This document shows, one piece after another, positions 1 to 11,234 of a DNA stretch of 64,000 nt. The translations under genes and the position numbers were made by a program. The stretch lies in IMG/VR virus record IMGVR_UViG_3300023109_001645. The stretch is one strand, 5' to 3'. The first letter of the stretch is position 1. Each line of letters opens with the position of its first letter. This stretch comes from an uncultured virus (IMG/VR IMGVR_UViG_3300023109_001645). Taxonomy: Duplodnaviria; Heunggongvirae; Uroviricota; Caudoviricetes. Below the pieces are notes generated by a model, which saw only the letters and a program-made list of their open reading frames with translations, was not told where the DNA came from and made no database searches.

Positions 1-2
1 TA

Positions 3-173
3 TGGCACAATCCTCCGTTACAGCCTCATCAATTAATTTGCTTACAAGAAGGTTCAAGTATTACAGAAGTAAGCACTGCTGATAGTGTTGAAGACAATTA
101 TAGAGTTGCTCCTGGTGACAGTCAAAAGACACAAGTCGAACCTAATCTAAATCCCGAGAATCAAGATGGTTGA
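3..173 (+). CDS. Partial (5'-truncated) cupin-fold protein, sugar isomerase-like
   Basis: Hand translation from position 3 gives WHNPPLQPHQL...ITEVSTADSVEDNYRVAPGDSQ...DG*. The P..PH and EVST.D...DNYR motifs are typical of small cupins in T4-like phages. The stop overlaps the next start. Confidence 0.6.
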   Translation, partial: WHNPPLQPHQLICLQEGSSITEVSTADSVEDNYRVAPGDSQKTQVEPNLNPENQDG

Positions 174-777
174 TATTTATTGGGGCGATGATGTATCGAG
201 TCCAAATTATATTGCACCTAAATGTGTAATTGGGCTTGACAGAGACGGCGTTATCAATGTTGATCGCGGAACATACACATGGAAAGGCACTGATTTTGAA
301 CCTATTGACGGTAGTTTAGAAGCAGTTGCCAAACTACGAAAGTTAGGTCATAAAATTGCAATTATTACCAATCAAGGAGGCATTGAACACGGATTGTTTA
401 CTGAGCAAGATGTCGATGCTCTGCACACATATATGTTAGAGCTTTTGGGTAAAGCAGGATGTCCTAGCATTGATGCTATTTACTATAGTGCTAGCAGTCA
501 TAAATCTGATATGTATGCAAAGCCTAACACAGGCATGTTTAAAAGATGTCAAAAAGAATTTCCTCATATTAAATTTAATAAAGGTTATTATGTAGGTGAT
601 AAATTAAGTGACCTAAAAGCTGCCCATAAAATAGGAGCAAAGCCTGTACTTGTGCGTACTGGATACGGACTAGAAACTGAAAAAAGTCTAAGTAAATTTT
701 CTTATCGTGATATAAAGAAAAAGACCATCATATTTGATGATCTTAGTTCTTTTGCAGATTGGATAGAAGCACGTTAG
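166..777 (+). CDS. gmhB: HAD-IIIA phosphatase, D-glycero-D-manno-heptose-1,7-bisphosphate phosphatase-like
   Basis: Motifs LDRDGVIN, ITNQGGI, KPNTGM, VGDKLSD and VRTGYG. Confidence 0.8.
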   Translation: MVDIYWGDDVSSPNYIAPKCVIGLDRDGVINVDRGTYTWKGTDFEPIDGSLEAVAKLRKLGHKIAIITNQGGIEHGLFTEQDVDALHTYMLELLGKAGCPSIDAIYYSASSHKSDMYAKPNTGMFKRCQKEFPHIKFNKGYYVGDKLSDLKAAHKIGAKPVLVRTGYGLETEKSLSKFSYRDIKKKTIIFDDLSSFADWIEAR

Positions 778-3700
778 GCTTGTGCTTCACCCCATCTTAG
801 AATAATATTTGAATTAATATCAGCGCCACTAACCTTATACACGTTAATAGCTAATACATCTGGACCATTTGGGAATGTTCCTCTACCACCTAGTGGAGTG
901 TTTGTAAGTTCTTTCAACTCAGCCAATGATAGTGTCGAACGTTCTCCAGGCACAGCAATAAATGAGAACACAGTTTCTCCAGGTTGTGCATACGGAGGTT
1001 GTTCAAATGTAAATTCAAGTGTTCCTGATCCATTTGCAAGTGTACCACTAAAGTTGTTGTTGAACTGTACTTCGTAATATGAAGTTCCGCCAAATTCCTT
1101 TAATTCAACACTGTTGACCTGTGAGTTTGCAGGAAAGTTTACTGATCCGCCTGATGTTGCAGCAGTTCCTACTTTTGCGCCAGCAGCCGTAAAAGAAGCT
1201 ACTGAAAAATAAGCAAAGTTTCTGTCTACTAAACTAACAGGGTTAAGTGAGACAGTAAATGCATCCACTGTGCCTTGCGGTATCCCGTTAGTAGTTCTAT
1301 TGGACAATCTAAACCAACCATAGCTGCCGTTGCTGTCAACTCTTGCATCTATGATTGTTGTGTTAGATGGAATATTAGTTCCTGTTATACTTTTACCAAT
1401 TACCAAACTGGTTTGATTTGAACCAAATACTGTTCGATAGTCACTAGCATCAATAGGAATATAATTATTGCTACCCCAGTTTCTTGTTGGATTACTGTTG
1501 ATTGTACCAGAAATCACACCAGATGCAGTTGCAGTAGTAGTTGTCGCAGCAGCTCCTGTACTCCATACAACAGAACCGCCAGCTGCAACTTCTGCAAAAC
1601 TTGGTTGTCCACCTTGGGCAACACCGCTTAGACCTGACCAACCAACGTCATCTGGATTTAATGGATAGTTTTGAGGATTTAAAATGCCTTCAATAACAAT
1701 GCCGCCTGCGCCTGTATCTGATGTAACTTCGATGCCTTGTAGTAGTAACTGAGCTCTGTTTAGTAGTTCTCTTTCTCCTAAATCTCCAATTAGAGCATTG
1801 CTCACACTTGGTGCTAGTCTAATCATAAACGCTGTTTGTTTGGTTGTACTAACTGTAAGTGCGGTTTCTGCGTATGAGAAAATATAACCTCTATCTTCGT
1901 CAAATCCGCCGTCTGTAATAAACGCACTACCCCAGTGACTAATTAATGGTGTAATAGACTGTGATATGAGTACAACACCTGTTCTATCAGTGTGTGTTGC
2001 TGCAAGACCTGCTGTGTATGTTCTTGTTGCTCCAGCTTGGAAATTAGTAAATGTTGCTCCTCTAACAACACCAGTTAGTGTATTAGTAGCCTTATTATTT
2101 GCATTAAACGTAATAATTTCATTATCGATATAAAGTGTACCTTTGTCTGGGAAGAAACTACTATCAACTAACGGAACAGTAACTTGTGTTGAATCCATTG
2201 CTGCTACTAGCTTACCACTCGGGCCTTCGTTGGTAACTTCATAACGCACAGGCAAGTTACCTGAACGCATAAACGCTTCTGTGTTTACGTTTGAGTTACG
2301 CATTCTGTGCGCAAATACAAAGTTACCATCTGCGCCACGTAGCATAAAGTCGATAAAACCAGCACCATACCAACTGTATTGAATACCAATCATCTGCATC
2401 TTAGCAATATCAATATCATAACCACTAGGTCCAGTTCCGTCTAATCTATCTAAGTTAAATTCACTCTGCTTAACTTTTTTATCTACAATCAAGTTTGCTT
2501 TAGCACCTGTAATATCTACTACACCTCTCCAGTCTGGTGTAACTGTTATTTCAGTTTGGCTGTTGACATGACTTACAACGTGTGTCATACCTTTGATAAT
2601 AATTCTGTCGCCTGCTTTAAGCTGATCGGTAAATCTAGTAGTATCGCCTGTTACCAAGTTGTTATCAACTTCTAATGAAATAGTTCCTGCAAGCTGTCTA
2701 GTACCTGTACGTTGGTTTACACTAATATTAGTGCCGTCGTATTCCCAGAAGATGCCGTTTTGGTCGTCAAATATACCCGAACGTACTGTTGCGCCGTGCC
2801 ATGCAACAACACTCATTTGTGAACCAAATCCTAAGATTGCTTCAGTTGCACCTAGTCTACGTTGCGCACGAATTTTAAATGTGCGTTCGTCTACTACTTC
2901 TTCTACAGTATAATCAAATGTTGGCGGTACAGCAGTTTCAGAACCACTGTTATAACCAGGTGTTTCAACACCAAGTATTCTTATAATACCATCTTCTTGA
3001 ACACCATGATCATTATCATCAGTTACTACAGTAATAAGCGAGCCTACTTCTACATCTTCAGCTGTTAAACTACGCAAGTCGTAGCTTGGTGCAAATAGAG
3101 CACCAGTGGTATACATAATGCCTTTACCTGACTGATATCTAATATATTTTTTACTTTGACGTATTGCTTGTGCACCGTGCTGCGGTCCGCCTGTACCAAG
3201 TTGTACGCCGCCGTCATATGGTCTGTGAATAAAGAAACTATCAGGTCTTGGATATACTTCGCCTTGTATATCAGTTCCTGTTACATCAATTGAACCTGGC
3301 GCTCTTACTTGGAAACGTAATTTATTTATTTCAGGAATATCTGTTGCAATATAAGAACCAGCAGCTAATTGATGATTGTTACTATCGTCATCTGAACTTA
3401 CACTGGTAATAAATGTACTACCAGGAACTAATCCGTGTGCGTTAGTAAATGTTGCTTCAATTGTAGCAAGAGCACTAAACGTAATCTCATCATCTAATGC
3501 TATAGCACCAGTAGTTGCTTCTGTCATAGTTACTGTAGATATCAAATCTGCACTTGTACCGACAGCTGCTTCGATTGCGTCTGTGCTAAATGTTAACACG
3601 CCGCCTGTTTCATTTACACTACCAACACTTATAAGAATATCATTTAAAGGACTAACGCCATCTACAAGTGACGCTTCAATTTCAAGCCTATTTCCTACTT

Positions 3701-6700
3701 CATATCCTGTTCCTGGAGAAGTAATAGTAAAATTAGAATAATTGCCAGCATCTCTAGTAAGACTAAATGTAGCACCAACTCCGTCTGATGTATTATTTGT
3801 GCCTACTATATCTATATATGTTCCTAATGGAACATAACCAGTACCTGAAGTTGATATACTTGTAATTTCACCATCTTCTAAGTCACTAATAGAATCAATA
3901 CTAATTGTTAAATCATTTGCTGGCGATGTTCCGCCAAATAATGTACCTGAAACAGTATGTGTTTGTCCAACGTTGTATCCGCCGGCACCTGGATCTGATA
4001 TTGTAGCATTTAATGTACCGTCTTGATTTTGGTCAACATTGAATGTTGCTCCAGTCGGTGTAACATTGTTTCCAGGTAACCCTGATAATGTGTCGCCATT
4101 ATATGTGGTGCCAACTTCTGTGGTTACAGTAATGTCTCCACTTCCGCCAACATTGTCAATAGTAATTGTTAAATCATTGGCTGGTGATGTTCCGCCGAGA
4201 GTTGTTCCTGCAACAGTAATTGTTTCTGTTGGGAGGTAGTTGTTACCAGCGTTTGTAAATGTTGTTTGATAAGAATCACCAGTTACTTGTACATCAATAA
4301 CTGCTCCTGTGCCGCTTGCAGTTGTTGAAGTATACGCAACACTAGTGTATGTTTTGTTTATTGCAGGTGCAGAACCTGCAAATGTAATTGTTTCAATAGA
4401 TCCTATAGCAGAAACTGTATCTATACGGAAAGTACTATCGCTGTTTCCTGCTGATAATGTAACTACATCAAAAACTGTATATCCTGATCCTGTCGCTGCA
4501 ATCACTGCACTTGCAACTTCATCAGTGTTGACTGCATCTGTTGTAATAGTTAGTGTTAGCCCAGATCCAGTTCCTCCGGTAGTATTAACAGTTGTGCCGT
4601 CTGAATATCCTGTACCAGCTGTTACTAGTGATACAGAAGTTGTAACACCTGCTTGGGTGCCAACAGCGTCTACTGATATAAATGCACTACGTTCTGGTCC
4701 GCTATATCCTGGAACAAGTGTGTCTGCTGTTATTTTAAGAACATCACCTACTTTGTATCCTGAACCTTTTTCAGTTGAAGATACATCAAGACTGTTGTAT
4801 ACTCCGTTTGCAAAAGTAATATTAAATTGCGCTTCTGTGCCTAAACCACCTGTGAATGTAGCGGGTTGATCTGCTAGATAAACGTCATTGTCAAAGTATA
4901 AGCCAGAAATTGATGCAGTAGCAATTGAGTTGTCACTACCTACACTATCAACTATAATCGTTGCATCATTTGCAGGTGTTGCTCCGCCAAGATCAGTGCC
5001 GAGAATTGTTATTCTATCACCAACTTTATAGTTAATGCCGTCGTTTTCAATAGCAGTTAACACATAAGTAAACGACGAATCTGACGAATGTGATATGTCA
5101 AATTTAGCAAGAGACCCGACATTAGGATCGTTGTCAGGCTGGACACCAGTATATATATTACGATTGCCTACAATGGTAGTTGTAAAGTTGCCGTCAAATG
5201 TAGCAGTATTTCCTGTAACATCATTGATGTATATAGCATTGCCGTCACCACGGTCAATTGCTAGATTTTCCACTACTCCAGAAATACTTTGGAACTCCAT
5301 CTGGTTTTGTCCAGCGGCAGTATTAGAAGCAGTTAATGGTGTAACATATGTTCCGCCGCCTGCACTGTTATCGATAATACCAGTAACCTGTGAACCTAAA
5401 GGTATGTTTGCATTTGTTAACGGAGATCCAATCTCTGGAGCTGTGCCATCAAATGGAATAATATTAGAACCCGTTAAAACTCCTAGTTGTGTAAACAGTG
5501 AGCCTGCGCTGCCGTTACTAGCAATTACAAAATTAGGTGTTCCAATACTTGCTCCTGTATAAAAGCCAGCTTGTCTTAGCTGTGTATATGTTGTAGATAA
5601 TGTTGTTGGATTAACTGTACCAACTTTAGATTTTGCATAATATTCAAAAGTAGTATCACTCGGTACATTAACAATTACAAATGAACCTTCTGCTCTAGCA
5701 GCACCATTAACACTGTCTTCAAGTGCTTTAATAGTTATTGGTGTACCTACTGAAAAACCATGAGGTGTAACAGTAGTAACTGTAATTTTACTTTGACCAA
5801 TTCCTTCAGTGCCAGCACTTGCATCAGTTACAACAGATGTTACTTGTGTGTCTGTTCCTGGTATTTCATATACACTAGGATAACCACGCATTGCTGCAAT
5901 TGCTGCCCATTTAGTAGGCTGTAGTCCGTATTCAAAGTCAGCGTCAAGCATTGATAGTGCAGGTGCTACTCGCATACGTTCAATAGCATCTGTGCCAAAG
6001 TCATATGGTCTAGTAGTTACAACACTTCTTCCATTTTCAAGTCTTTCTACAAATACTTGTATTTCGTCGGTTGCACTATGAGAACTAGTATCATAATTAA
6101 ATTTAACAAGTGTTATACCATCAGTGGTTTCTAAGTATTTAGGAAAGTCGGGATCTACTGCAATTTGATCGTTTGTAATTTCGACTGTAGCACCCGAAGT
6201 TACATTAGTAAAATTGTATATTACTTCACTCTTGGTGCTATTGGTTACTAATAGTATTTCGTCGATGCTGTACTTGCCTTGCATTCTAAGTGTACCTACA
6301 CCTGACATTAGTAATTTAGGTAGTGCATTAAGTCCATTAGTAATAACGTCTACAGTATTAAATGCAAGGGTATTAATCTTAGCACTTGGTCCAGCAGTTA
6401 CACTATTTGCTAGTGCGCTTGAAAATGTGTGAACACTAGTATCAGAACTTATGCCTACATTAGCAGTTATTGTAGTCGAAGTTACTGATTTAACAGTAAT
6501 AGGAGCATAATAGTAAGGATCTTTGCCTTTTGCATTAGGGACACCGGAAGCTCTTGGATACGGATGCAATGTTGCTCCGCCATCTAACGCACACGTAAAT
6601 GTTATGCCGCCTGGCGCAATATGTATTTCATCACCAACTGCAAGACTATGTGAGCCTATTGTTATAGACATGTCACCTGTTGCTGGATTATATGTTGCGC

Positions 6701-7169
6701 CAGTTGGAGTAAATTGTGCAGTATTTTCACTTGCACTTCCTTCTGTAGTTTGTGCAACTTCTGTATTATCAGCATCATAAGCTACTTGCGCAAATATATT
6801 GTCTTTAATTAAATTACCAATAAATGTATGTGTTTGTATTTCAGGTTGTCTGTCTCCGTCAACTTGTGCAACACCTTGATCCCAATAATATTTTATTGTA
6901 TTATAAAGTTTTTCATTGCCGCCGTATCGTAAGTCATTCAAGTATGCATCAATTACATAGCCAACATCTCTTTCGCACTTTGCTTGATTGTATGTATAAC
7001 CTACAAATCCAGCTGCGCCAGCTGCTACTTGGGCAGCTATCCATGCTGTTGCTTCTTTTTGTATAAATGTTTTATTTGCATTTAATAGGCTATATGCATT
7101 TGGAAATTTATTTCCCGTTGCACCAATGCCTGGTTTAAATACATAATTTTTTATCTGCGTCTTTGCCAT
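774..7169 (-). CDS. Very large virion structural / fibre protein (2131 aa)
   Basis: G/T/S-rich. Has an N-terminal KCERD..Y.ID module and several repeats of G..Y.VGD.I.I.G..LGG.TPAND.TI.V. Confidence 0.7.
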   Translation of the reverse strand: MAKTQIKNYVFKPGIGATGNKFPNAYSLLNANKTFIQKEATAWIAAQVAAGAAGFVGYTYNQAKCERDVGYVIDAYLNDLRYGGNEKLYNTIKYYWDQGVAQVDGDRQPEIQTHTFIGNLIKDNIFAQVAYDADNTEVAQTTEGSASENTAQFTPTGATYNPATGDMSITIGSHSLAVGDEIHIAPGGITFTCALDGGATLHPYPRASGVPNAKGKDPYYYAPITVKSVTSTTITANVGISSDTSVHTFSSALANSVTAGPSAKINTLAFNTVDVITNGLNALPKLLMSGVGTLRMQGKYSIDEILLVTNSTKSEVIYNFTNVTSGATVEITNDQIAVDPDFPKYLETTDGITLVKFNYDTSSHSATDEIQVFVERLENGRSVVTTRPYDFGTDAIERMRVAPALSMLDADFEYGLQPTKWAAIAAMRGYPSVYEIPGTDTQVTSVVTDASAGTEGIGQSKITVTTVTPHGFSVGTPITIKALEDSVNGAARAEGSFVIVNVPSDTTFEYYAKSKVGTVNPTTLSTTYTQLRQAGFYTGASIGTPNFVIASNGSAGSLFTQLGVLTGSNIIPFDGTAPEIGSPLTNANIPLGSQVTGIIDNSAGGGTYVTPLTASNTAAGQNQMEFQSISGVVENLAIDRGDGNAIYINDVTGNTATFDGNFTTTIVGNRNIYTGVQPDNDPNVGSLAKFDISHSSDSSFTYVLTAIENDGINYKVGDRITILGTDLGGATPANDATIIVDSVGSDNSIATASISGLYFDNDVYLADQPATFTGGLGTEAQFNITFANGVYNSLDVSSTEKGSGYKVGDVLKITADTLVPGYSGPERSAFISVDAVGTQAGVTTSVSLVTAGTGYSDGTTVNTTGGTGSGLTLTITTDAVNTDEVASAVIAATGSGYTVFDVVTLSAGNSDSTFRIDTVSAIGSIETITFAGSAPAINKTYTSVAYTSTTASGTGAVIDVQVTGDSYQTTFTNAGNNYLPTETITVAGTTLGGTSPANDLTITIDNVGGSGDITVTTEVGTTYNGDTLSGLPGNNVTPTGATFNVDQNQDGTLNATISDPGAGGYNVGQTHTVSGTLFGGTSPANDLTISIDSISDLEDGEITSISTSGTGYVPLGTYIDIVGTNNTSDGVGATFSLTRDAGNYSNFTITSPGTGYEVGNRLEIEASLVDGVSPLNDILISVGSVNETGGVLTFSTDAIEAAVGTSADLISTVTMTEATTGAIALDDEITFSALATIEATFTNAHGLVPGSTFITSVSSDDDSNNHQLAAGSYIATDIPEINKLRFQVRAPGSIDVTGTDIQGEVYPRPDSFFIHRPYDGGVQLGTGGPQHGAQAIRQSKKYIRYQSGKGIMYTTGALFAPSYDLRSLTAEDVEVGSLITVVTDDNDHGVQEDGIIRILGVETPGYNSGSETAVPPTFDYTVEEVVDERTFKIRAQRRLGATEAILGFGSQMSVVAWHGATVRSGIFDDQNGIFWEYDGTNISVNQRTGTRQLAGTISLEVDNNLVTGDTTRFTDQLKAGDRIIIKGMTHVVSHVNSQTEITVTPDWRGVVDITGAKANLIVDKKVKQSEFNLDRLDGTGPSGYDIDIAKMQMIGIQYSWYGAGFIDFMLRGADGNFVFAHRMRNSNVNTEAFMRSGNLPVRYEVTNEGPSGKLVAAMDSTQVTVPLVDSSFFPDKGTLYIDNEIITFNANNKATNTLTGVVRGATFTNFQAGATRTYTAGLAATHTDRTGVVLISQSITPLISHWGSAFITDGGFDEDRGYIFSYAETALTVSTTKQTAFMIRLAPSVSNALIGDLGERELLNRAQLLLQGIEVTSDTGAGGIVIEGILNPQNYPLNPDDVGWSGLSGVAQGGQPSFAEVAAGGSVVWSTGAAATTTTATASGVISGTINSNPTRNWGSNNYIPIDASDYRTVFGSNQTSLVIGKSITGTNIPSNTTIIDARVDSNGSYGWFRLSNRTTNGIPQGTVDAFTVSLNPVSLVDRNFAYFSVASFTAAGAKVGTAATSGGSVNFPANSQVNSVELKEFGGTSYYEVQFNNNFSGTLANGSGTLEFTFEQPPYAQPGETVFSFIAVPGERSTLSLAELKELTNTPLGGRGTFPNGPDVLAINVYKVSGADINSNIILRWGEAQA

Positions 7170-7172
7170 GTT

Positions 7173-8066
7173 TTATAATCCAAATGCTATTGATAATGCC
7201 AGTGCTGTACTGTCTACATATTGTTTGTTAGATACTTGTATATCAGTAATAGGTAAATTTGATACTGATGCCGTAGTAAATGCTGCTGTCGATGGTGTTG
7301 TTGCTCCTATTGGCGTATTATTTATAGTACTGTTATTTATAGTAACCGAAAGTCCTTCCGAACTTATATCGCCTATTTTTATCTCGTCAATTTTGAGGAT
7401 AATTTTGTTTACTGCACTTAATTCTAAATTAGTACTAGAACTTAATTTAGGTATTCCTATACCAGCTGTTGCTAGTTCTCCCCCAATAAAAAAGTCTTTT
7501 TCAACACTTGCGCCACCAGCAACAGTCAGTGCTCCTGTAGTTGCACTAGTTGCATTAGCAGTAGAGTTAACATCAATAGTACTGAATTGACCTAGTGGGT
7601 CAACTACATTAATTGTTCCAAAATTATTTTTTAGAGTATCAGCATAATATAATGTATTAGGTGCGCTTGTAGGTACTGCCCATCTTAATGTCCCGGTTGT
7701 TTTGAGTTGTGCGGCTGCTCCACTACTACCATCAGAATGTGTTATTCCTGTACTATACTGCAAGGAATCAAGAGCGTTTCCGACTAGTATTTGAAATGCT
7801 AAATCTGGTACATCAAGACCAAAGGTATATACTTCGCCTCTAGCAATTGTAATAGTAGGATTTCCCGAGTCGCCTAGTTCTGCAATAATAAAATCATTAT
7901 CAACGTCGGTAACTGTAAAATTTACAAATCCTGCCTCTACTTCTGCATCGTTATCTGCACTACCGGTAATGATAGAAGTAGCAACAATGTTACCTTCTGC
8001 ATCAACAGAAAATCCTGGTCCTTTAAATCCGTATTCTGATTCAAATGGTGTATTCAATACCGGCAT
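7173..8066 (-). CDS. Virion structural / fibre-associated protein
   Basis: Contains VP.SAPNTLYY and ATSATTGALTVAGG motifs seen in phage fibre proteins. AGGAG RBS and a TAAATA element upstream. Confidence 0.6.
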   Translation of the reverse strand: MPVLNTPFESEYGFKGPGFSVDAEGNIVATSIITGSADNDAEVEAGFVNFTVTDVDNDFIIAELGDSGNPTITIARGEVYTFGLDVPDLAFQILVGNALDSLQYSTGITHSDGSSGAAAQLKTTGTLRWAVPTSAPNTLYYADTLKNNFGTINVVDPLGQFSTIDVNSTANATSATTGALTVAGGASVEKDFFIGGELATAGIGIPKLSSSTNLELSAVNKIILKIDEIKIGDISSEGLSVTINNSTINNTPIGATTPSTAAFTTASVSNLPITDIQVSNKQYVDSTALALSIAFGL

Positions 8067-8103
8067 TTACATTCTCCTATATGTTATTTATCTGACTCTA
8101 GCT

Positions 8104-8541
8104 TTAGACTACAAGAGGAGTTTGTGTATGATAATATTGTGCTGTATAAATGACTTTGGTTCCTGTATAATCTTGTGCAAGGATATTGGCGGCTGGATCG
8201 GCTACGACGATCTTAGGATTTAAAATAACGTCTACATAACTATCATTAACTGTTGCGCTCACAGTTAAGATATCGTTAGCTGTATTATTTCTAGCATATA
8301 CTACTACACTAGCTGTATCTTTGGTTGCCGTAACAGCTATTTTTATAAGCTCTTTATTGTTAACATCAAAGTCGGCACTTATAGTATAATCTACACTAGC
8401 AAAATTTCCTACATGCCACCTGTCTAGCAAAGTGTCTGTATACACTTGTTGCCAGGGACCATTGTGACTGGTCCCTGCATTGTTCTTAAACAATAATGTA
8501 TTTTTTAATCCGTCTGTTAAATATTTCTTTAAGTTTTGCAT
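8104..8541 (-). CDS. Hypothetical (probably structural) protein
   Basis: 145 aa ORF in the main gene direction, with an ATAAATA element at 8561-8567. Confidence 0.6.
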   Translation of the reverse strand: MQNLKKYLTDGLKNTLLFKNNAGTSHNGPWQQVYTDTLLDRWHVGNFASVDYTISADFDVNNKELIKIAVTATKDTASVVVYARNNTANDILTVSATVNDSYVDVILNPKIVVADPAANILAQDYTGTKVIYTAQYYHTQTPLVV

Positions 8542-8566
8542 TTCGTGCCCCTATTTGTAATATTTA

Positions 8567-10366
8567 TCAGTTTTTTACAGTAATTAATTTACCATACTCC
8601 GGAAGATACAAATATTCAATATCACAATTATCTAGTGTACGCACAGCATCATCTAATGTTTCTACCAACGGCTCACCGCCTAAATTAAAGCTTGTATTAA
8701 AGATAATTGGGCAACCAGTTTTTTCTTTGAATGCTTTGATAATATCATAGTAATGTGGATTTTGTTCTCTAGTAACTGTTTGTATTCTGCAAGTTCCGTC
8801 TACGTGAATGATAGCAGGGATCTTGTCTTCAATACCAGGTTGACAGTTTACAGCATACATCATTGTAGGAGAGCTTTCCATACCACGTAGGTCAAACCAT
8901 TCGTGTACATCTTCTTCTAATATGCTGCCTGCAAATGGACGGAAGTATTCTCTGTGTTTTACGCTGTTAACAAAGTCCTTGCCATTTGGATCAGTTGGGT
9001 CATACATTATACTTCTGTTACCTAATGCACGTGGGCCATTTTCTGAACGTCCTTGGAATAATGTTACAATATTTCTATCAGTCATTAATTTAACAACATC
9101 TTCTTTGGAAGCGTCTGTAACTTCTGCGTTATATGTTTGTGCAATATTATTAATATCTTCAGTTGTATAAGTGTGTATTGGGCCTAGGTACACATCTGTT
9201 GCTTGAGGTTTGACTTCTGTACTTTCTGTTGTACGATAATGCCAGATTAATGCTGCACCCATTGCTGTTCCTGCATCATTACTTACAGGCTCAACATAGA
9301 TTTTAATTCCTTCGTCTTCTAATTCTTTCAAATAATAATAGTTAGCAACACAATTTAATCCGTATCCTCCACTAATAACAACATTTTTACTTCCACTTAT
9401 TGATACTGCGTGTCTAATTAAATCGGCAACTGCTTGTTGGCTTTCTGTTTGTACAGCATATGCCAAATCTCTTCTATTTGATAAAAGTGTTACATCTTTA
9501 GCTTCGTGATCATCTAGTGTTTTGTAAACATTAGCGTTTACAATAGCGCCATTAGGATATCTTGGTAGTATTAAGTTTCTATTAACTGTAGGGATAGGCA
9601 AATCGTTTTCGTCAATTATATTAGGAAAAGTATCATTTTGTTTACCGTATGGAAACAATCCCATAGTTTTTCCTGCTTCGATACTACTCCATCCGCAATA
9701 CTCTGTAACAGCTTCATATGCTTTTACGATGCCGGCTTTGTCAGATATACTTAAATTAAAATATGCACCTGGTTCCCAGTCTCCTGCTTCAAAATTTTCT
9801 ACATATGCATTTGCTACCATTTCTCTACAGCCCATTGTTTTATGCATAGTTTTAATTTCGGCAGGGTATGAACATTTGTAAATACTTTCTGTTTCGAAAA
9901 CAGTCATATTGTCGCCTGCAATATTAATTGGAAAAAATGTTCCTGCGCCATCGACAATAACTGCAACAGCTTCTTCAAAACCACTACGGTAAAATGCTAA
10001 ACCTGCATGCATTTTATGGTGGAACATAGACATATCAATAACTTGAGGATATAAGCCATTTTCGCCTCTAGGTCCTTTTTCAATTAGTCCTATTTTTCTT
10101 GCAAATCCGCTGTATACATCTTCACCGGTGTAGTCTAATTTACCCGCAGTATCATTAAGAGTTGTTGTATGTGATATGCATAACCAATCTAATTTATCAG
10201 TATATTCTTTAATTTTAAGCATACTTGCTAATGGCCCGCCATCGTATTTTTCTCTAGTTAGTCTTTCTTCTTCAATACTAAAGACAATTTCTCCGTCTTT
10301 AAGTAGACAAACTCCTGCGTTATGTCCTCTAGCTATACCTGCTATCCAAACCGGGTCTTTTTTCAT
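8567..10366 (-). CDS. Carbamoyltransferase, NodU/CmcH/TobZ family
   Basis: Motifs H.AGV, EEERLTREK, HH.MHA, VDGAG, GKTMGLFPYG, SGGYGLNCVAN, GPRALGNRS, KHREYFRPFA, HVDGTCRIQTV and NTSFNLGGEPLVE. Start placed at MKKDP, directly after the upstream stop. Confidence 0.92.
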   Translation of the reverse strand: MKKDPVWIAGIARGHNAGVCLLKDGEIVFSIEEERLTREKYDGGPLASMLKIKEYTDKLDWLCISHTTTLNDTAGKLDYTGEDVYSGFARKIGLIEKGPRGENGLYPQVIDMSMFHHKMHAGLAFYRSGFEEAVAVIVDGAGTFFPINIAGDNMTVFETESIYKCSYPAEIKTMHKTMGCREMVANAYVENFEAGDWEPGAYFNLSISDKAGIVKAYEAVTEYCGWSSIEAGKTMGLFPYGKQNDTFPNIIDENDLPIPTVNRNLILPRYPNGAIVNANVYKTLDDHEAKDVTLLSNRRDLAYAVQTESQQAVADLIRHAVSISGSKNVVISGGYGLNCVANYYYLKELEDEGIKIYVEPVSNDAGTAMGAALIWHYRTTESTEVKPQATDVYLGPIHTYTTEDINNIAQTYNAEVTDASKEDVVKLMTDRNIVTLFQGRSENGPRALGNRSIMYDPTDPNGKDFVNSVKHREYFRPFAGSILEEDVHEWFDLRGMESSPTMMYAVNCQPGIEDKIPAIIHVDGTCRIQTVTREQNPHYYDIIKAFKEKTGCPIIFNTSFNLGGEPLVETLDDAVRTLDNCDIEYLYLPEYGKLITVKN

Positions 10367-10367
10367 T

Positions 10368-11234
10368 TTAGTATCCTCTGTATGTTTTGTCATAATTTTT
10401 TAATTCTAATGCTATCACATCTCCAAAATCTTGAAGATCTTCAAAACTATTCTTTACTTGGCGACATCTAGCAATCCAATCCAATTGTTCAGTAGTTAGT
10501 TTGTCGTTGTCTAAATTCAAACTTGGTTTAAGTATATTATATAACCAATCTATACCCAATTCAGGTGCCGGATGTGGATCAACCCATTTTAATTTCTTTG
10601 GTCCTGATAACCAAGTATAAAATAAATCTACATTTTTCCAACAATATGTCCCAATAGGAGTTACCCAATTACTATTATCCCAAATTTTCTTGTAAGGTAA
10701 AAATTTGTCATTGTCCCATAAGTTTGAATGTTTAGATATTTGTTCTTGATAATTTATTGGGTCAATAATATTATCTGTACCTAACTTATTAAATTCTCCT
10801 ATAGATGTCATCTTCCATTTACACCCTGTAGATTCAACAAGTTGTATAGTTGAATAAATTGCATTTAACGATAACATTATATAAGATTGTTCATCGAAGA
10901 ATGTAGTTAACCAATTTTTGTTATACAATTGTGTGTTTGTATAACCAAATATATTTCCTTTGGTCTTCCAATTATTATCAAGATCTCGATTGTTTACATC
11001 TTCAAACAAATGGTAATCGTTTCTTAAATAATTGGACCATTGTATAACTACTGTATCTTCTGATGTAATGTTATTTTTTACAAAACATTCAGATACTCTG
11101 TTAGCAATAGCAACATTACCTATACCAGGAACTCCCCAATTTTCAAAATAATCAAATTCCAATCCTAGAAAGTCTGCCCAGGTTGGCCAAGAATAATTAG
11201 TAAAACTACAACCAAAAGTGAATAATCTTGACAT
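10368..11234 (-). CDS. SGNH/GDSL-hydrolase-like protein
   Basis: N-terminal FGCSFT (block I-like), N.G..G.GN (block II-like) and a C-terminal DPHP (block V-like). Confidence 0.5.
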   Translation of the reverse strand: MSRLFTFGCSFTNYSWPTWADFLGLEFDYFENWGVPGIGNVAIANRVSECFVKNNITSEDTVVIQWSNYLRNDYHLFEDVNNRDLDNNWKTKGNIFGYTNTQLYNKNWLTTFFDEQSYIMLSLNAIYSTIQLVESTGCKWKMTSIGEFNKLGTDNIIDPINYQEQISKHSNLWDNDKFLPYKKIWDNSNWVTPIGTYCWKNVDLFYTWLSGPKKLKWVDPHPAPELGIDWLYNILKPSLNLDNDKLTTEQLDWIARCRQVKNSFEDLQDFGDVIALELKNYDKTYRGY